Shown here: piece after piece, positions 12,551 to 25,765 of the stretch
How positions within the stretch are numbered: the stretch's first letter is position 1
Layout of the letters: each line of letters opens with the position of its first letter
NCBI RefSeq assembly: GCF_006345805.1
Contig: NC_043015.1
Span: 26,474,001-26,538,000 of the forward strand
Source of the DNA: Octopus sinensis
Lineage: Eukaryota
Reading direction: 5' to 3'
DNA: 64,000 nt
Translations under genes and position numbers: made by a program
Notes under the pieces: generated by a model
Database searches by the model: none
Seen by the model: the letters and a program-made list of their open reading frames with translations, nothing else
Told to the model about the DNA's origin: nothing

Positions 12551-13280
12551 AGTCATAGAGTGACCAATGGTTTCGCACCCATAAAGTGCTTAGCTTTATT
12601 GAGGCCTCGCATTATAATACCATAAAAGAAAAACTCTATTGTCACTATTCACTAAATGAGCCATAAAACCTTATTGTAAAAATTTATTTACTGGGAGCCG
12701 GATTTACCCAAACCATTGAGCGTTTGATTAGTCACTACTGACAAGATTGAATAGCAAAACTAGTGTAGTCTAATGATTCTAGAGAAATTTCACGGGGTGC
12801 TTATTTCCTCTGTGAATGTATATATATTTATTGCGCGCTTCTTGGTGAATTTAGAGGTTTTTAACTCTTATCACATGCAATATAGGTGCTTCGGCAATCT
12901 CAGTCACGAATAGTGCCTGTAAAATTTTTATTTCATGGCATTACATTGCGCCGAGCTGTTTATGCAAATTTTTTATATATGCATTAACATTTCGCTAAAC
13001 CAGCCATAATTTTTTATGGTAAAACTATACATACTGACAGCCGAATTAAACCAAACCATCCTGCGTTTGAGTAGTCACTACTAACGAGCATAAGACTGAT
13101 ATGCGAAACTAGTCTAGTGTACTGACCCTAAAGACGCTCACGGGTCGGTTACCTTCCTATCTGTCGATATATATATTGCCTCGATTCTTACAGCTTTAAC
13201 AGTATTTCACTCTTATCTCTTGTAATATAAGCCCTTCAGTACTCTCAGTCATAAAGAGTGACGGTAAAAAATTTCCACAG
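12551..13280 (+). repeat. Diverged tandem repeat, ~343-350-bp unit, one HHR per unit (retrozyme-like)
   Basis: CAGTCA anchors at about 12551, 12901 and 13247; HHR cores at 12738 and 13081. Confidence 0.75.
13076..13119 (+). ncRNA. Type I hammerhead (G5A in this copy)
   Basis: CACTA-CTAACGA-GCATA-agactga-TATGC-GAAA-CTAG-TC/TAGTG; predicted cleavage after 13114. Confidence 0.72.
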
Positions 13281-13339
13281 AAAGGAGCACAGAAAGAAAC
13301 AAGGAAAGAAAATAAAGAATGTGTAGTAGCTTGCACTCT

Positions 13340-14070
13340 TTATTCGTTATGGCCACTGGTTTATTCCAACTTCTCCCTAACGCACCAAAACAGGCCTTCA
13401 TAAATTGTTTACAAGTAATAACCTAATTATCTCTTTTGAAAATAACACTAGAGTTGCCAATTTGTTTGACGCTACTCTCGGCATCAGATACAAACTTATA
13501 TCACCATTTCCTTAAACCTAATTAAACACCAACATATATCAACGTCCTATCCAATCACCCTGCACTTATTCTTAATAGCACAGTCACCGGTATCCCTATT
13601 ATAATCTCAATTTTATTAGCTAACGAAGACAGATTTAACAATCACACCCCGTATTATAACCGAGCCCCTTAGATCAGTTATTTTCGCGGAAAGACCTTTT
13701 ATATCCCCAACCCTAAACTTAAAGCTAAGATAGCACTTCTCTGTCCAAATACTAATTCTGAACCCACTAGACATTCTCTCATCCACACCCCTTCAATCTT
13801 AAAAACAACGCCCCTACACATCGCTTCTGTCGACCCTCAACTCCGATCACCTCGAAACTGTGATAACCGAAGTTTTCTTTCTGGTCACACTCACTATACC
13901 CACGTGCTCTAAGCGCTCCACGGGCAGGAAACGCCAGACTCTATGGTTAGTGCTACTTTTCTCCCTCGAAGTAACATCCCTATCTAAAACTTTTCATCAA
14001 AATTCTGAACTCTAGTTTCCCATAGGCATCATCCGAACTTCAACATCTTCTCCATCACATCTAATGATGG
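13340..14070 (+). mobile_element. Decayed Penelope-like RT remnant
   Basis: KLFTSNNLIISFENNTRVANLFDATL and PTYINVLSNHPALILN, matching the PLE RT palm/thumb pattern. Confidence 0.65.
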
Positions 14071-14579
14071 ATCCATAATTGCCTCCTCTCACACATGCAA
14101 ACTTCAACATGGATACATGTTTTATATATGACACCCAAGCAGTTTTATTTGTTTATTCCCATCATTCTTTCTCTCTCTCTCGCTTCCTATCTCTGTCATA
14201 TATGACAATATATGCATATACTTACTGTATGAAAATTACTATGATATATACATATACATAAATACATTATTATATGTGTGTGTGTGTGTATATATATATT
14301 CACATACACGCACAAACACACACTCACACACGCATTTACACTTCTGGCTATGTATTAATGTGCACACATATAGTTAGGTAGTTACACAAGCACGCACACA
14401 CTCACGCACATATACACACATGCATATGTATGTGTGTGTGGGCACATACATTACCATGTGGACACATATACTTCATGAGGACATCTGCGTACATCAACGA
14501 ATGCATTCCCATTCATATATTTCAATACATGCATTTGTGTACTCGTAAACTGTACACATTTTACAACAAACAAACTTCC

Positions 14580-14890
14580 TTTTCTTATTTATTGACCGCA
14601 ATAAATACGTGAGACCGTCTATATAAAAGCATGGTTATAAAACGGCGCACGAATGTATAGTCCCATATATCCTAGATAAAAGCAAATCAGAGCCGTCATT
14701 TCACTCTGCATCATGCTATAACGGGAATTATATTGCTACGCATCCTCAGAACGCTCCCTAATCCACATAAAATTCTTGTGTCCGTACAAATATTAGGCGA
14801 AGCTGCAATTTGATTTATTTCTAATAACAGATCTGGGGATGACGTATTTTCATTCCTACCTGGACAAAAGCGGCATTTTTTTTTACCATT
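14580..14890. repeat. Unclassified dispersed repeat, copy 1
   Basis: Clearly similar to 18490-18800 (e.g. ATAACGGGAATTATATTGCTACGCATC, GTCCGTACAAATATTAGGCGAAGCTGCAATTTG). Confidence 0.8.
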
Positions 14891-14989
14891 TATCACTAAT
14901 TCTTCTGTCAGCATCAAAATAAAAGAGCTTCCCATGGATGTACGACCATATACAGCAATGCATATACATACATACAAACATACACATAC

Positions 14990-15022
<33 letters not shown>

Positions 15023-15897
15023 ATATATAATATATTATATATATATATATATATATAGATATAATTATAAATAATATATATATAATATAGTAGTATATAT
15101 ATAAGCACATACGCATGCACACACATTGGTAATAGACCTATTCCTTCATTTCATTTATTATCCCTACTAGTCTGTACACTTCCAAAACTATACATACAAA
15201 CACACACATACTCCCTTTAACCTTCGTCTTACACAGAGCAAATTTTGTGCTGACTTGGGTTTTTCTTTATCTTATATTAAGTCTATTAAGGTCAAACTTT
15301 TCAAGGCAGAATTGTTTAATGTAGTTAAAAATATCCTACCAAGACGAGCTTAATACATTTTTCTAAACAGAAGTCTCTTCTCAAAAGATACTGGTCATTA
15401 CGGTATCTCTTATGAACATGATTCTCCACGATTGGATATTGGCATTTGCAAAGTGAATTCGCTTAATTTGTGACTTAATCATACATGGACCCGCTGTCAT
15501 ATTGCTACTCCCATTCTTGATTACTCAAGGTACTAAAAACTTCATCATAGATTATGAATTATGTATCAAGATGTTTATACACCATGTACTGCAGTAGGAA
15601 TTACCTCCCCCCCACCCTCAGTGTACAGATATTCGTGGCCTAAGCATGTGCAGACATTTTTACACTGGCTTATTCATCCCACTCCAAAAAGTTACGATAA
15701 ACATTCTCTTACTAGGACTACAGATCGATGGTTCGTTTACGGTTTAAGCATCTGGTTACAAAATTTTACAAATAGCTTTCGTTTCGGTTTACAAATATTT
15801 ATACTTAATCTCCACTAATGTGTAATCCTTTCCCATGTTGTATGTATGTATGTGTGCAAGTGTGTGTTTATATATATATATATATACAAACACACAC

Positions 15898-15933
<36 letters not shown>

Positions 15934-15987
15934 TGTGTGTATGCATATACATATTATATATATATATATATCATATATATATATATT

Positions 15988-16532
15988 AAAATTACTAAGT
16001 CTCTCTAAAAGAGAACAACGGCAGCGTTCCCGGAAAATATTAGTTATCGCCATACTAATATGGCATTCTTATAAAATAAGAATAAAGCTGACCGCTTATT
16101 AGCTCCATGAGGCCATCGCTTTATTCTTATTTTTATAAGAATGCCATATTAGTATGGCGATAACTAATATTTTCCGGGAACGCTGCCGTTGTTCTCTTTT
16201 AGGGACTTAGTAATTTTAATATTTCTATTATTGAAAACAAGTGGATGTATTCCACCGAAGCTAGGTAAATAAAACCTTTGAACAGAGATTGTCAGAAGCG
16301 ACACCTACTGGTCTGGCTACGCTGCATTGAAAAGGGGCAATACCCCGAAACGCGTCTGTAGCTGCCGGCCAAGTAGTGTGGAGCGACTGACCTCCCTTGT
16401 TCAAAGGTTATATGGATACAGTTTGTGTATCAAATAGCTAACTTAAGGCGATGGCCTCATGGAGCTAATAAGCGGACAGCTTTATTCTTATTTTTATAAG
16501 AATGCCATATTAGTATGGCGATAACTAATATT
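15988..16532. mobile_element. Non-autonomous PLE-like HHR element: 361-bp tandem unit plus an upstream inverted copy
   Basis: X(15988-16088)-Y, then rcX(16118-16217)-Z(HHR)-rcY(16448-16478)-rcX partial (16479-16532), then (TA)n. Confidence 0.8.
16321..16362 (+). ncRNA. Type I hammerhead, U3:A8 core variant
   Basis: GCTGCA-TTGAAAA-GGGG-caata-CCCC-GAAA-CGCG-TC/TGTAGC; predicted cleavage after 16356. Confidence 0.78.
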
Positions 16533-17176
16533 ATATATATATTCATATATATTTAATATGCGTGCACGCACACACATACTCACAGATTCACGCACATATA
16601 TATATATATATGCAAGCACACAAGCATACATATATACACACACACAAACGCACGCTCACACACACGTGTGTAGATGTCAAATATTTATGGGAAAAGTGTT
16701 CTGTGACGAGTTGACTTTTACGACTTACGTCCAACAACGCCGGGTCTTCGCAATCCATTGTTTACGTAATGAAACTCCCCGAGCGGAAATAAAGAAAATG
16801 TCTGCTAAAATGAGTACCTTCTGTTGAAAGTGGTTTGTTAAGTACAGCACCAATTTCCACGTCGTTGGTAAAGCTACAACTATATAACATATATAGGTGA
16901 ACATTAATATTTTTGGACATAAGATGAAAGGCTAAATAAATTCACGCCAGCACACACACACAACGCACTTGTACATAAACGCATACATGTATTTGCGCGC
17001 CTGCTTGGACATACGTATATGCGTACATATATACATGCATACATACATATATACATGCATACATACATACGTTTGCTGGAAACGTAAAAACCGGCTTTGT
17101 GTCCTTCCTTGAGCGTCTGCTTATACTTTACATGTACCACGCCCTCGCGTTGTTTTTTTTTGTGATTGTTCTTCGT

Positions 17177-17215
<39 letters not shown>

Positions 17216-17511
17216 TCACACACACACACACACATTTATATATATATATATATATATATATGTCAAAGAGTCCTGAAAAGTTCTTGAAGGACCTGGTTGG
17301 GGGCCCAACCTTCTGAGTGCTAAGAAAAGCTGATTGGGGAATATGTTGAATAAAATCATGTACACATATGTATGTATGAGTGAGTGTGTTTTTGGTGTGT
17401 GTGTGTGTGGGTGTGTATGTGTGTGTGTGCGCGCGCGCGCGCACGTGTGTGTGTGTGTGTACCGGACTCTCTCGACGAAAACGACGCACGAACGTTCCGC
17501 ACGAATAATTT

Positions 17512-17735
17512 TTTATAGCGATCAAATGTATGACCTGTATATCAGCTCAGTCTCACCATCAAATCGACGTTGTCTGAACAAGTGCAGAGCGAACGACACA
17601 GCAGGTGTCAAAGTCAGGCGTCGCAGAGAAGACGTGTTTTGCTTAAGAACACAACGTAGAAACCCCTCTAGATAGTAAATCCACCATCTCCCTATCGTGA
17701 TTGCAACACCCTAACCGTTAGGCCATGCGTCCTCA
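17512..17735 (-). mobile_element. tRNA-derived SINE (decayed)
   Basis: Minus-strand head TGAGGACGCATGGCCTAACGGTTAGGGTGTTGC. Confidence 0.65.
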
Positions 17736-17775
17736 TATATACATATATCTATATCTATCTATCTATCTATCTATC

Positions 17776-17824
<49 letters not shown>

Positions 17825-17841
17825 TTATATTTATATTATAT

Positions 17842-17930
<89 letters not shown>

Positions 17931-17969
17931 CGTATTGGATGAATGAGATATATAAATATATTAGTTCGT

Positions 17970-18005
<36 letters not shown>

Positions 18006-18489
18006 GCACACACACATATATACGTATGTATCCATACATGCATAGATATATGTCAAAGTTTATGCAACTAAGTCTATATGTGTTTTTGTCTGAGTATGTA
18101 TGCTTCATACAAATTTGTGTGCATATGTGTATGCTTGTGTATGTGTGTGTATGTCTTTCTCACCCCCTCTCTTTCCCTCTCCCTCATTCTCTTACCGTCT
18201 CTCTCTCTCTTTCTCTTTCTCTCTAATTACTGAAACAAATAAAAGAATAGTGACAGAAAGTGAGAGAAAAAGTTATATACACTATATATTCACACACACA
18301 TAAATACATGTGTGTGTCTATTTGTAGGCAGGCAGGTATTCTTACTCTATAAACAAGCGTATGTAAGTGTCCGTATGTCTATCCGTCTTTTTGAATATAA
18401 CAACTCTGCAATCTATTCGCAGTTGTATGTCTCAATCCCTGTGTTTCAATGCTTCACATAATTTTATAACAACCTAACAACCAACCATC

Positions 18490-18800
18490 CTCTTCGTATT
18501 TATTGATTGCTGTAAATACATGAGAATCTCTTTACAAGCGCATGGTTATAAAACGACCGACTAATGTGTCGTCCCATGTACCGAGATAAAAGAAATATCA
18601 GAGCCGCCATTACATTCTGCATCATGGTATAACGGGAATTATATTGCTACGCATCTACAGAACGCTTCCTAATCTACATAAAATTCTTGCGTCCGTACAA
18701 ATATTAGGCGAAGCTGCAATTTGATTGATTTCGACCAAAAGATCTGTGGATGACGTATTTTCGTTTGTACCTTCTCAAAAGACAATCTTTTTCACTTTTA
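18490..18800. repeat. Unclassified dispersed repeat, copy 2
   Basis: Similar to 14580-14890, same orientation. Confidence 0.8.
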
Positions 18801-19056
18801 CCGCTTATTTGTTCCCGATCCATACATGAAAATATATTCACAGATACACATGCATAACCATATACATGCACACATGCATACACACGCACACACACATATA
18901 TACACACATATTGTACATTTTTGATTATTATGCTTAATTGTCTGAATGACACCAAAAGGAACTTAAGAGACAAGGTGTTGATTAGTATAATGTCCTTATG
19001 TAAAAAAAAAACACTACAGTTACTTTTAGATGATGATGAGGATGATGATTATCATT

Positions 19057-19110
<54 letters not shown>

Positions 19111-19144
19111 TATTATTATTATTATTATTATTATTCTCATTATT

Positions 19145-19701
19145 GAGTGAGAGAGCAGTGCATGCCATCAAAGTGACCCTGGGGTAAAATATAAGAAGCT
19201 CAGTATACCCATCATGACTACCCGTCTCATAAGGGTAAGTCAAGCACATGCATCACAACCATATGTGCGCGACATGGTGATCTCATATCAAGGTAAATAG
19301 CACATGACCTTGCAGGTGGGGTCCAGTTACAATTTTCTTCAGTTCGAGTGGCTCATCGCACGTAAAACGTCCCTGAATAACGGTTGTTTAGGGATTTTAA
19401 ATGAAACACCCATGTTTCTACATGTGAATTATTCAAACCCCAAAGAATCCCTCTCAACACATGGCTATGATGCTCCCCCACTACTTCCGTTCGTGATTAG
19501 AGATGCACATATCGTCATCCACTGAGGGACATACTCAACTGCTTAAGGTCAAACAACTGACAAGCAAATATGTGGTATTGAGCAGAATATTCGCTGTAGC
19601 ACATCGTTTATACCGACACAAAATATATACATGATAACACTTCCAATCAGTTAAGATCAGAAGCCACGAGAGCCACTGCCTGGCATTGCATAAGGGCATT
19701 T
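19145..19701 (-). mobile_element. ~557-bp non-coding retroposon-like element flanked by (TAA)n on both sides
   Basis: 3' half matches 5338-5622; no ORF; microsatellite at both ends. Confidence 0.7.
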
Positions 19702-19736
19702 ATTATTATTATCATTATTGTTGCTGTTGCTGTTAT

Positions 19737-20733
19737 ACTCTTTTAATCTGCGTGTTTCTTACAATCACTTGCCGAGACACACCCAGCAACGTGGTTCTCC
19801 TGGGATGTTATCTATATGTTTCAGTCGTCCTTTTTTAAATCATACCTAGGGCACGTACAATAGCATGAAAAGTTCTTGCTTTAAGATACCACGTCTTTTG
19901 TATTTCAATTTCCAGGTCCTTAACTTTACTTAATTTGTCAAACCCCTTTACAGACATAATAGTGATACAGCATACAGATATAATACTTACAAAATATCAG
20001 TGGGAACAATTACATCTATTAGTCTATAAGTATTTTCTTCCTTGTCGTTAAAAATTATGTCTAGACGATTAGCTGCGATCGACCTCTCGGTGTTCGTTGC
20101 AAAATCCCAGAGGGTAATGGCATATTTATCTTCAACGCCTGGCTCAGGATGATGTTCATACCAGTAAGCAGGAGTCCTGATTTTGTAGTGTTTACTTATT
20201 TTCAATGTAATTACTATTCAATGCTATCGTACACTTTTTGCATTCGTTTGGTGTCAGCACAGGACATCCCGAGATGAGATGGTCCATTGTTTCGTCAATT
20301 GTGTCACAGAATCTGGATTTAGAGTCAGAAACATTTTGAAGAACTTTAGCAATGTAGTTTTTGGTAAGCAACCATTGAACTTGTGCCTCCAATATGAAAC
20401 TCTCTGCTTTCAGTCCTGAACTTCGCAGCCACCAATGGCATGTTACTTGGTCTACATAAGCAGTTCACCTTCAAAGAATATACTGACTATGCAGGGCACG
20501 TTGGATCCAACGCTCCTCATTTAGTTTATTCCCGTTCTTGTTTGCAGTCTGCTCGATCCGTTTTGCTTGATGGTAGCAGTGGCTCCAGGCTCTTCATGTA
20601 ATTCAGGGTTAATGCTAAGCTCCCTTGGGAATTTGCAAGCTCCTTTCGCAATAGAATGTGACATTTTGTAGCTCACCACCCGCAGATTCCTGTCCGGTGT
20701 ACTGGATAAGTACCTGTTCATTGCTAATGAGAT
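19737..20733 (-). mobile_element. R4/Dong-type non-LTR retrotransposon, old 3' fragment
   Basis: CCHC remnant SRFCDTIDETMDHLISGC, WYEHHPEP...LWDF...NRLDI...LIDV restriction-like endonuclease; 3' end CTCGGCAAG followed by a trinucleotide tail. Confidence 0.85.
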
Positions 20734-20755
20734 CTTCTTCTTCTTCTTCTTCTTC

Positions 20756-20793
<38 letters not shown>

Positions 20794-20828
20794 TATTATT
20801 ATATTATTATTATATTATTTATTATTAA

Positions 20829-23098
20829 CTTTTTTTTCTTCTTTCAAATTTTCTTCCATTTCTTGCCGAGTGTCTTCCCGACTCCTAGGGCAAAGAAACT
20901 CATAGTGTATATTGGTAGGCATTAAACCAAACTCAGTAGTTCGTTCATTTTTTTTTTTTTTTTTTTTTAAGTTAAATTAAAATACATGAGCAGCAACAGT
21001 TCTCACATCGACAATGCTCTTCTCAATACGTGTGATGTACCAGTTAAGACAATCTTTTGCACTTCTTGCAGAGATGGTAAGCCAGGGATCATTCTCATAT
21101 AATTTTCGGTTCCCTTCTTGATCATTCCTAGTGATCCTACGATCACTGGTATTGTAACCGCCTTGAGATGCCACATTTTCTCAATTTCAATGAGTAGGTC
21201 TTTATATTTTCTGAGCTTGTCAAACTCTTTCGCTGAGATATTATGATCACAGGGGATGCTCATGTCGATCAATAAGCAAACTTTATTGTTTTGGTCTTTC
21301 ACAACAATATCTGGTTTATTGGCTTGATGGTTCGGTCTGTATGTACTGGAAAGTCCCACAGAATGGTTACATTTTCTCCTTCAGTTACAGCCTCAGGGTG
21401 GTGATTATACCACTTGTCGGCAGTTTTGATATTGTAATGCCGACTTATTAGCCAGTGAAGATATTGGCCAACTCTGTCATGTCTTAATTTATACTCCACT
21501 GGTGCTAAGACTTTACATCCAGAGATTAGGTGGTCCACTGTTTCAATCATGTCGTTGCAGAATCGGCATTTTGGGTCTGCTCCATTTTTCATCACATTGG
21601 CCTGGTAGTTCCGGGTTAATAGGCTTTGGTATTGAGCAGCCAGGATGAAACCTTCGCTCTCTGCTTTTAGCCCTGAGCTCCGCAGCCACTGATGGGTTTG
21701 CTTCTGGTCAACATCAGCTTGTTTGCTGCGGGTCACATATTTGCCGTGCAGAGGTTTCTCCTCCCACCTATCAGCCAATTGCTCGTGCGCTTTTTTCATT
21801 GCCATCATTTTCACCTTCTTTGCAACAATAGTTGCCGTACTTCCCTCGGGTGTTCAGTTTGGGTTTCCTGCACGAGATCAATAGCAAATATTTTGCTTTC
21901 CTTGATGATAGAATGAGCTTCTTTCGTCTCTCGTGATTTTCACGAGCTTTAGCATCCAGTCATTCGATATTTCGAGATATTTGGCCAGTCCAATTGTGGT
22001 TGTTTTGTAAGCTAGTTCAATTGGATCAGGCCTCGACCTCCTTGGGCTCTGGGAGGTAAAGGCGATCTACGTCTGCCTTTGGGTGGTGCATCCTATTACA
22101 ACTCAGCAGCTTGCGTATTTTTCTATCTATATTCTTTACTTCACTCATATTCCAGTTCAACACATTGTAGCTATAAGTAACAACTGGAACTGCTAAGAAA
22201 TTTATAGCTAACACCTTGTTACGTGCATTTAGTTCAGATTTCAGGACTGCACGAACTCTCCTATAACATTCCTTCCTGATTTTCTCTTTCATGCTTGCAT
22301 GCTGAATACCAGAGCCTTCATTTATCCCTAAATATTTGTATGTCTGTTCTTGCTCAAGCTCTCTTATGACTGTGTCAACATCTAACACGACTGATTTGTG
22401 GTCTTCACTTTCCCTTTCTGGAAAGTGGCCTTGGCACACTTCTCAAGTCCAAACTCCATCCCGATGTCATCGCTGAATGCTTTCACGGTGCGCAATAGGC
22501 CTTCAAGTTCATTATTGTCTTTACCATAAAGTTTTAAGTCATCCATATAAAATAGGTGGCTTATTTTTTTATTGGCAATTTTATACCCATACCCCGTTCT
22601 GTTTAATTCACTTGTAAGGGGTATTAGGGCTATGCAGAATATTAAAGGTGAAAGTGAGTCAACTTGAAAAATTCCACAGTTGATGTTTATATTTTCTGAG
22701 GCAAGTACTCCATTAGAGTGGTATAATTGGAGATTCGTATTCCACAACGACATATTGTGCTTCAGGAAGTTTGAAATCACAGGGGAAATTTTTAAGATGT
22801 CCAGCGATCTCAAGATCCATGGATGCGGTATACTGTCGAAGGTCTTTTTATAGTCAATCCATGCGGTGCTGAGATTTCTGCGCTTGTTGTGACAGTTCTC
22901 AAGGATCATACGATTGATTAGCAGTTGATCTTTGCATCCGTAAGAGCCTCGGCGGCACCCTTTTTGTTCAATGGGGAAAATATCGTTCTTCTCCATGAAT
23001 GCATATGTTTTCTCCGCCAGGATAGATGTTAGGATTTTATACGTGGTGGATAGACAGGTTATAGGCCGATAGTTTTTTGGAAGGTTGGTTTCGTTATC

Positions 23099-23099
<1 letters not shown>
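20829..23099 (-). mobile_element. R4/Dong-type non-LTR retrotransposon, 5'-truncated (RT, CCHC, RLE pseudogene ending at 21003)
   Basis: NYRPITCL, EQKGCRRGSYGCKDQL, WIDYKKTFDS, HLFYMDDLKLY, CRFCNDMIETVDHLISGC, KPDIVVKD...LIDMSIP...KYKDL; several frameshifts; (TAA)n at both ends. Confidence 0.93.
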
Positions 23100-23148
<49 letters not shown>

Positions 23149-23197
23149 TTTTATTATTATTATTATTATTTTTTAATTATTATTATTATCATCATCG

Positions 23198-23264
<67 letters not shown>

Positions 23265-23288
23265 CATTATTATTATCATTATTATTAT
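23100..23288. repeat. (TAT)n microsatellite at the R4 5' junction
   Basis: Read directly. Confidence 0.95.
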
Positions 23289-23522
23289 GCACCCGCACAG
23301 TCATAAATATGCCTCTGCATCATATACATTTTTAATGTTTCAGTGATTGCATTGCATCCATACTAGCGCTCCACGTTGGAAGGTTTTGTCGAACAAATCG
23401 ACCTCAGTCTTGCACAATTACAATTCTATCCATCATCTTTTACAAAATCGCTAAATTACGATTGTTGTAGTAGGGGAGAAAAACAAACAATAATAAATGT
23501 ATTTTTGAAACATACATATTCA

Positions 23523-23581
<59 letters not shown>

Positions 23582-23941
23582 GCATTCATATATGTATATA
23601 CATATATATAATATTATATATATATATATTATATATATATATAATATTTAGAAAGATAATGTATAGATGTGTGTGCGTGTGTGTGGTGTGTGTGTGTTGT
23701 GTTGTGTGCGTGTATGCATGTGTGTGCCATGTGTGTGTGTGTAGGTATTGATAATACATATAAATATTCACTACAATTTCTGGTTCCTTTGATACAGTCG
23801 TTCATTACACGCACCTTTGAACTTTCAGTTAAAATCAACCATAATACGATTTACACACGACTAAATACGGCCTCTACATAGGTATATACATATATTCCTA
23901 CACACACACACACGCATACGCATATATATAATATTCATATA

Positions 23942-23994
<53 letters not shown>

Positions 23995-24361
23995 ATATGT
24001 ATTCTTTCATTCTATTACTCGTTTCCGCCATGCGGGTGCGGTTATGCTGGAGCAGTATCGTGGTATTTCTGATTTCCACAGTCTGGTGTGTTACAAGTTA
24101 GTACTCTTGTACGTGTTTGTGTGTATACATGTATAGGCAACCTTAAAACTTATATAATATAAAGACTATTTGAATATTACTTTTAAATCATTAATGTAAA
24201 TAAAATTATGATAGAAAAATATGAAAAAAATATTTATCACAAATTAAAATTCAGAAGCACCAAATTTATGAGAAATTTTGAAAATATGTTTTTAAAATTA
24301 GTAAATCTACAATAAATAACGCACTAAAACAATAAGATAAATATGAATATATATTATATAT

Positions 24362-24440
<79 letters not shown>

Positions 24441-24515
24441 TATATATAATATATATATATATATATACCTATATACATATATATGCGTGTACATATACAT
24501 ATATATATATACAAG

Positions 24516-24573
<58 letters not shown>

Positions 24574-25701
24574 ACCTACAAGTACATGATACATATACTA
24601 TATATAAGTGTGTGTGAGTGTATAACAAATATATAGATTCACAGGCAAATAAATATACCTGATCGTTTCTATTTAAACATAAATCATGAATAAATTGATT
24701 ATAATTTCCCCTTTTTTTTCATAAATAAATACAACCCGCTTATTAAACTTAAACAAGTCATTGAAACACATTTTAAATTTCACAATATTTTTACGTTTTT
24801 TTCATAATTTGAAATCAGATGAAAAAAAATAGCACAATGCAAAAATATATTCGTAATAGTAATTATGTATTTTATATTTTATTTTCAAATATTCTTTTTC
24901 CTTTTTTCCTCTTTCTCTTTTGTGACATTTTGAATAAAACATTTTTATGACGTTCGTTTAAATCTTTTTGGTCACAAAATTTCGTGAAGAGCGAGACAGC
25001 GAGAGAGGGGGAAGAGAAGGAGAGAGCGGGGAGAAGGAGAGAGACAGAGGGAGGAGAGAAGGAGAGGGAAGAGAAGAGGGAGAGAGGAAGAGAGGGATAT
25101 ATTGATATTCTGTGTGAGACAGACCGAAAAAAGTGTGAGAGGAAAATCAAGTATATTCATTGCTTTAACATATGATTATATTTTTATCGTACAATAATAG
25201 ACATTAATACAATTTTACTAGTTTCGTGCTTTGCTTTTCACTTAACACATATGAAAATCACGTATATTTTGTTCAATATGCTTACATATATGCATGTAGG
25301 GGAAGATGTGTGTGTGTGTGTGTGTGTATGTGTCTGTGCGTGTGTGTGTTTGTGTGTGTGTGTGTGTGTGAGATTGTATAATATTATACATACTACATTA
25401 TGTAGGCAAATGACCGCGTGTGTACCGTTGAAGATTATTTTTCCTCCGTCTTCCCTTCTCTCTATCTTTCATCACTTGATACACTGACCGACCAGATTCA
25501 GCAAGAAAAATGGCGCGATCAGGCTCAAAATTCGATCACGTGACAACAATACAATCAATTCTAAGCGGAGAAGGCTGTGTAACAATAACGAAGATATATG
25601 GCGAAAGTGCTGATCATTTTTGACTTTTCCTTATATATATATATATATATATATATGCATATATTATTTATTAAAACTATACTGTATATTATATAATATA
25701 T

Positions 25702-25765
<64 letters not shown>

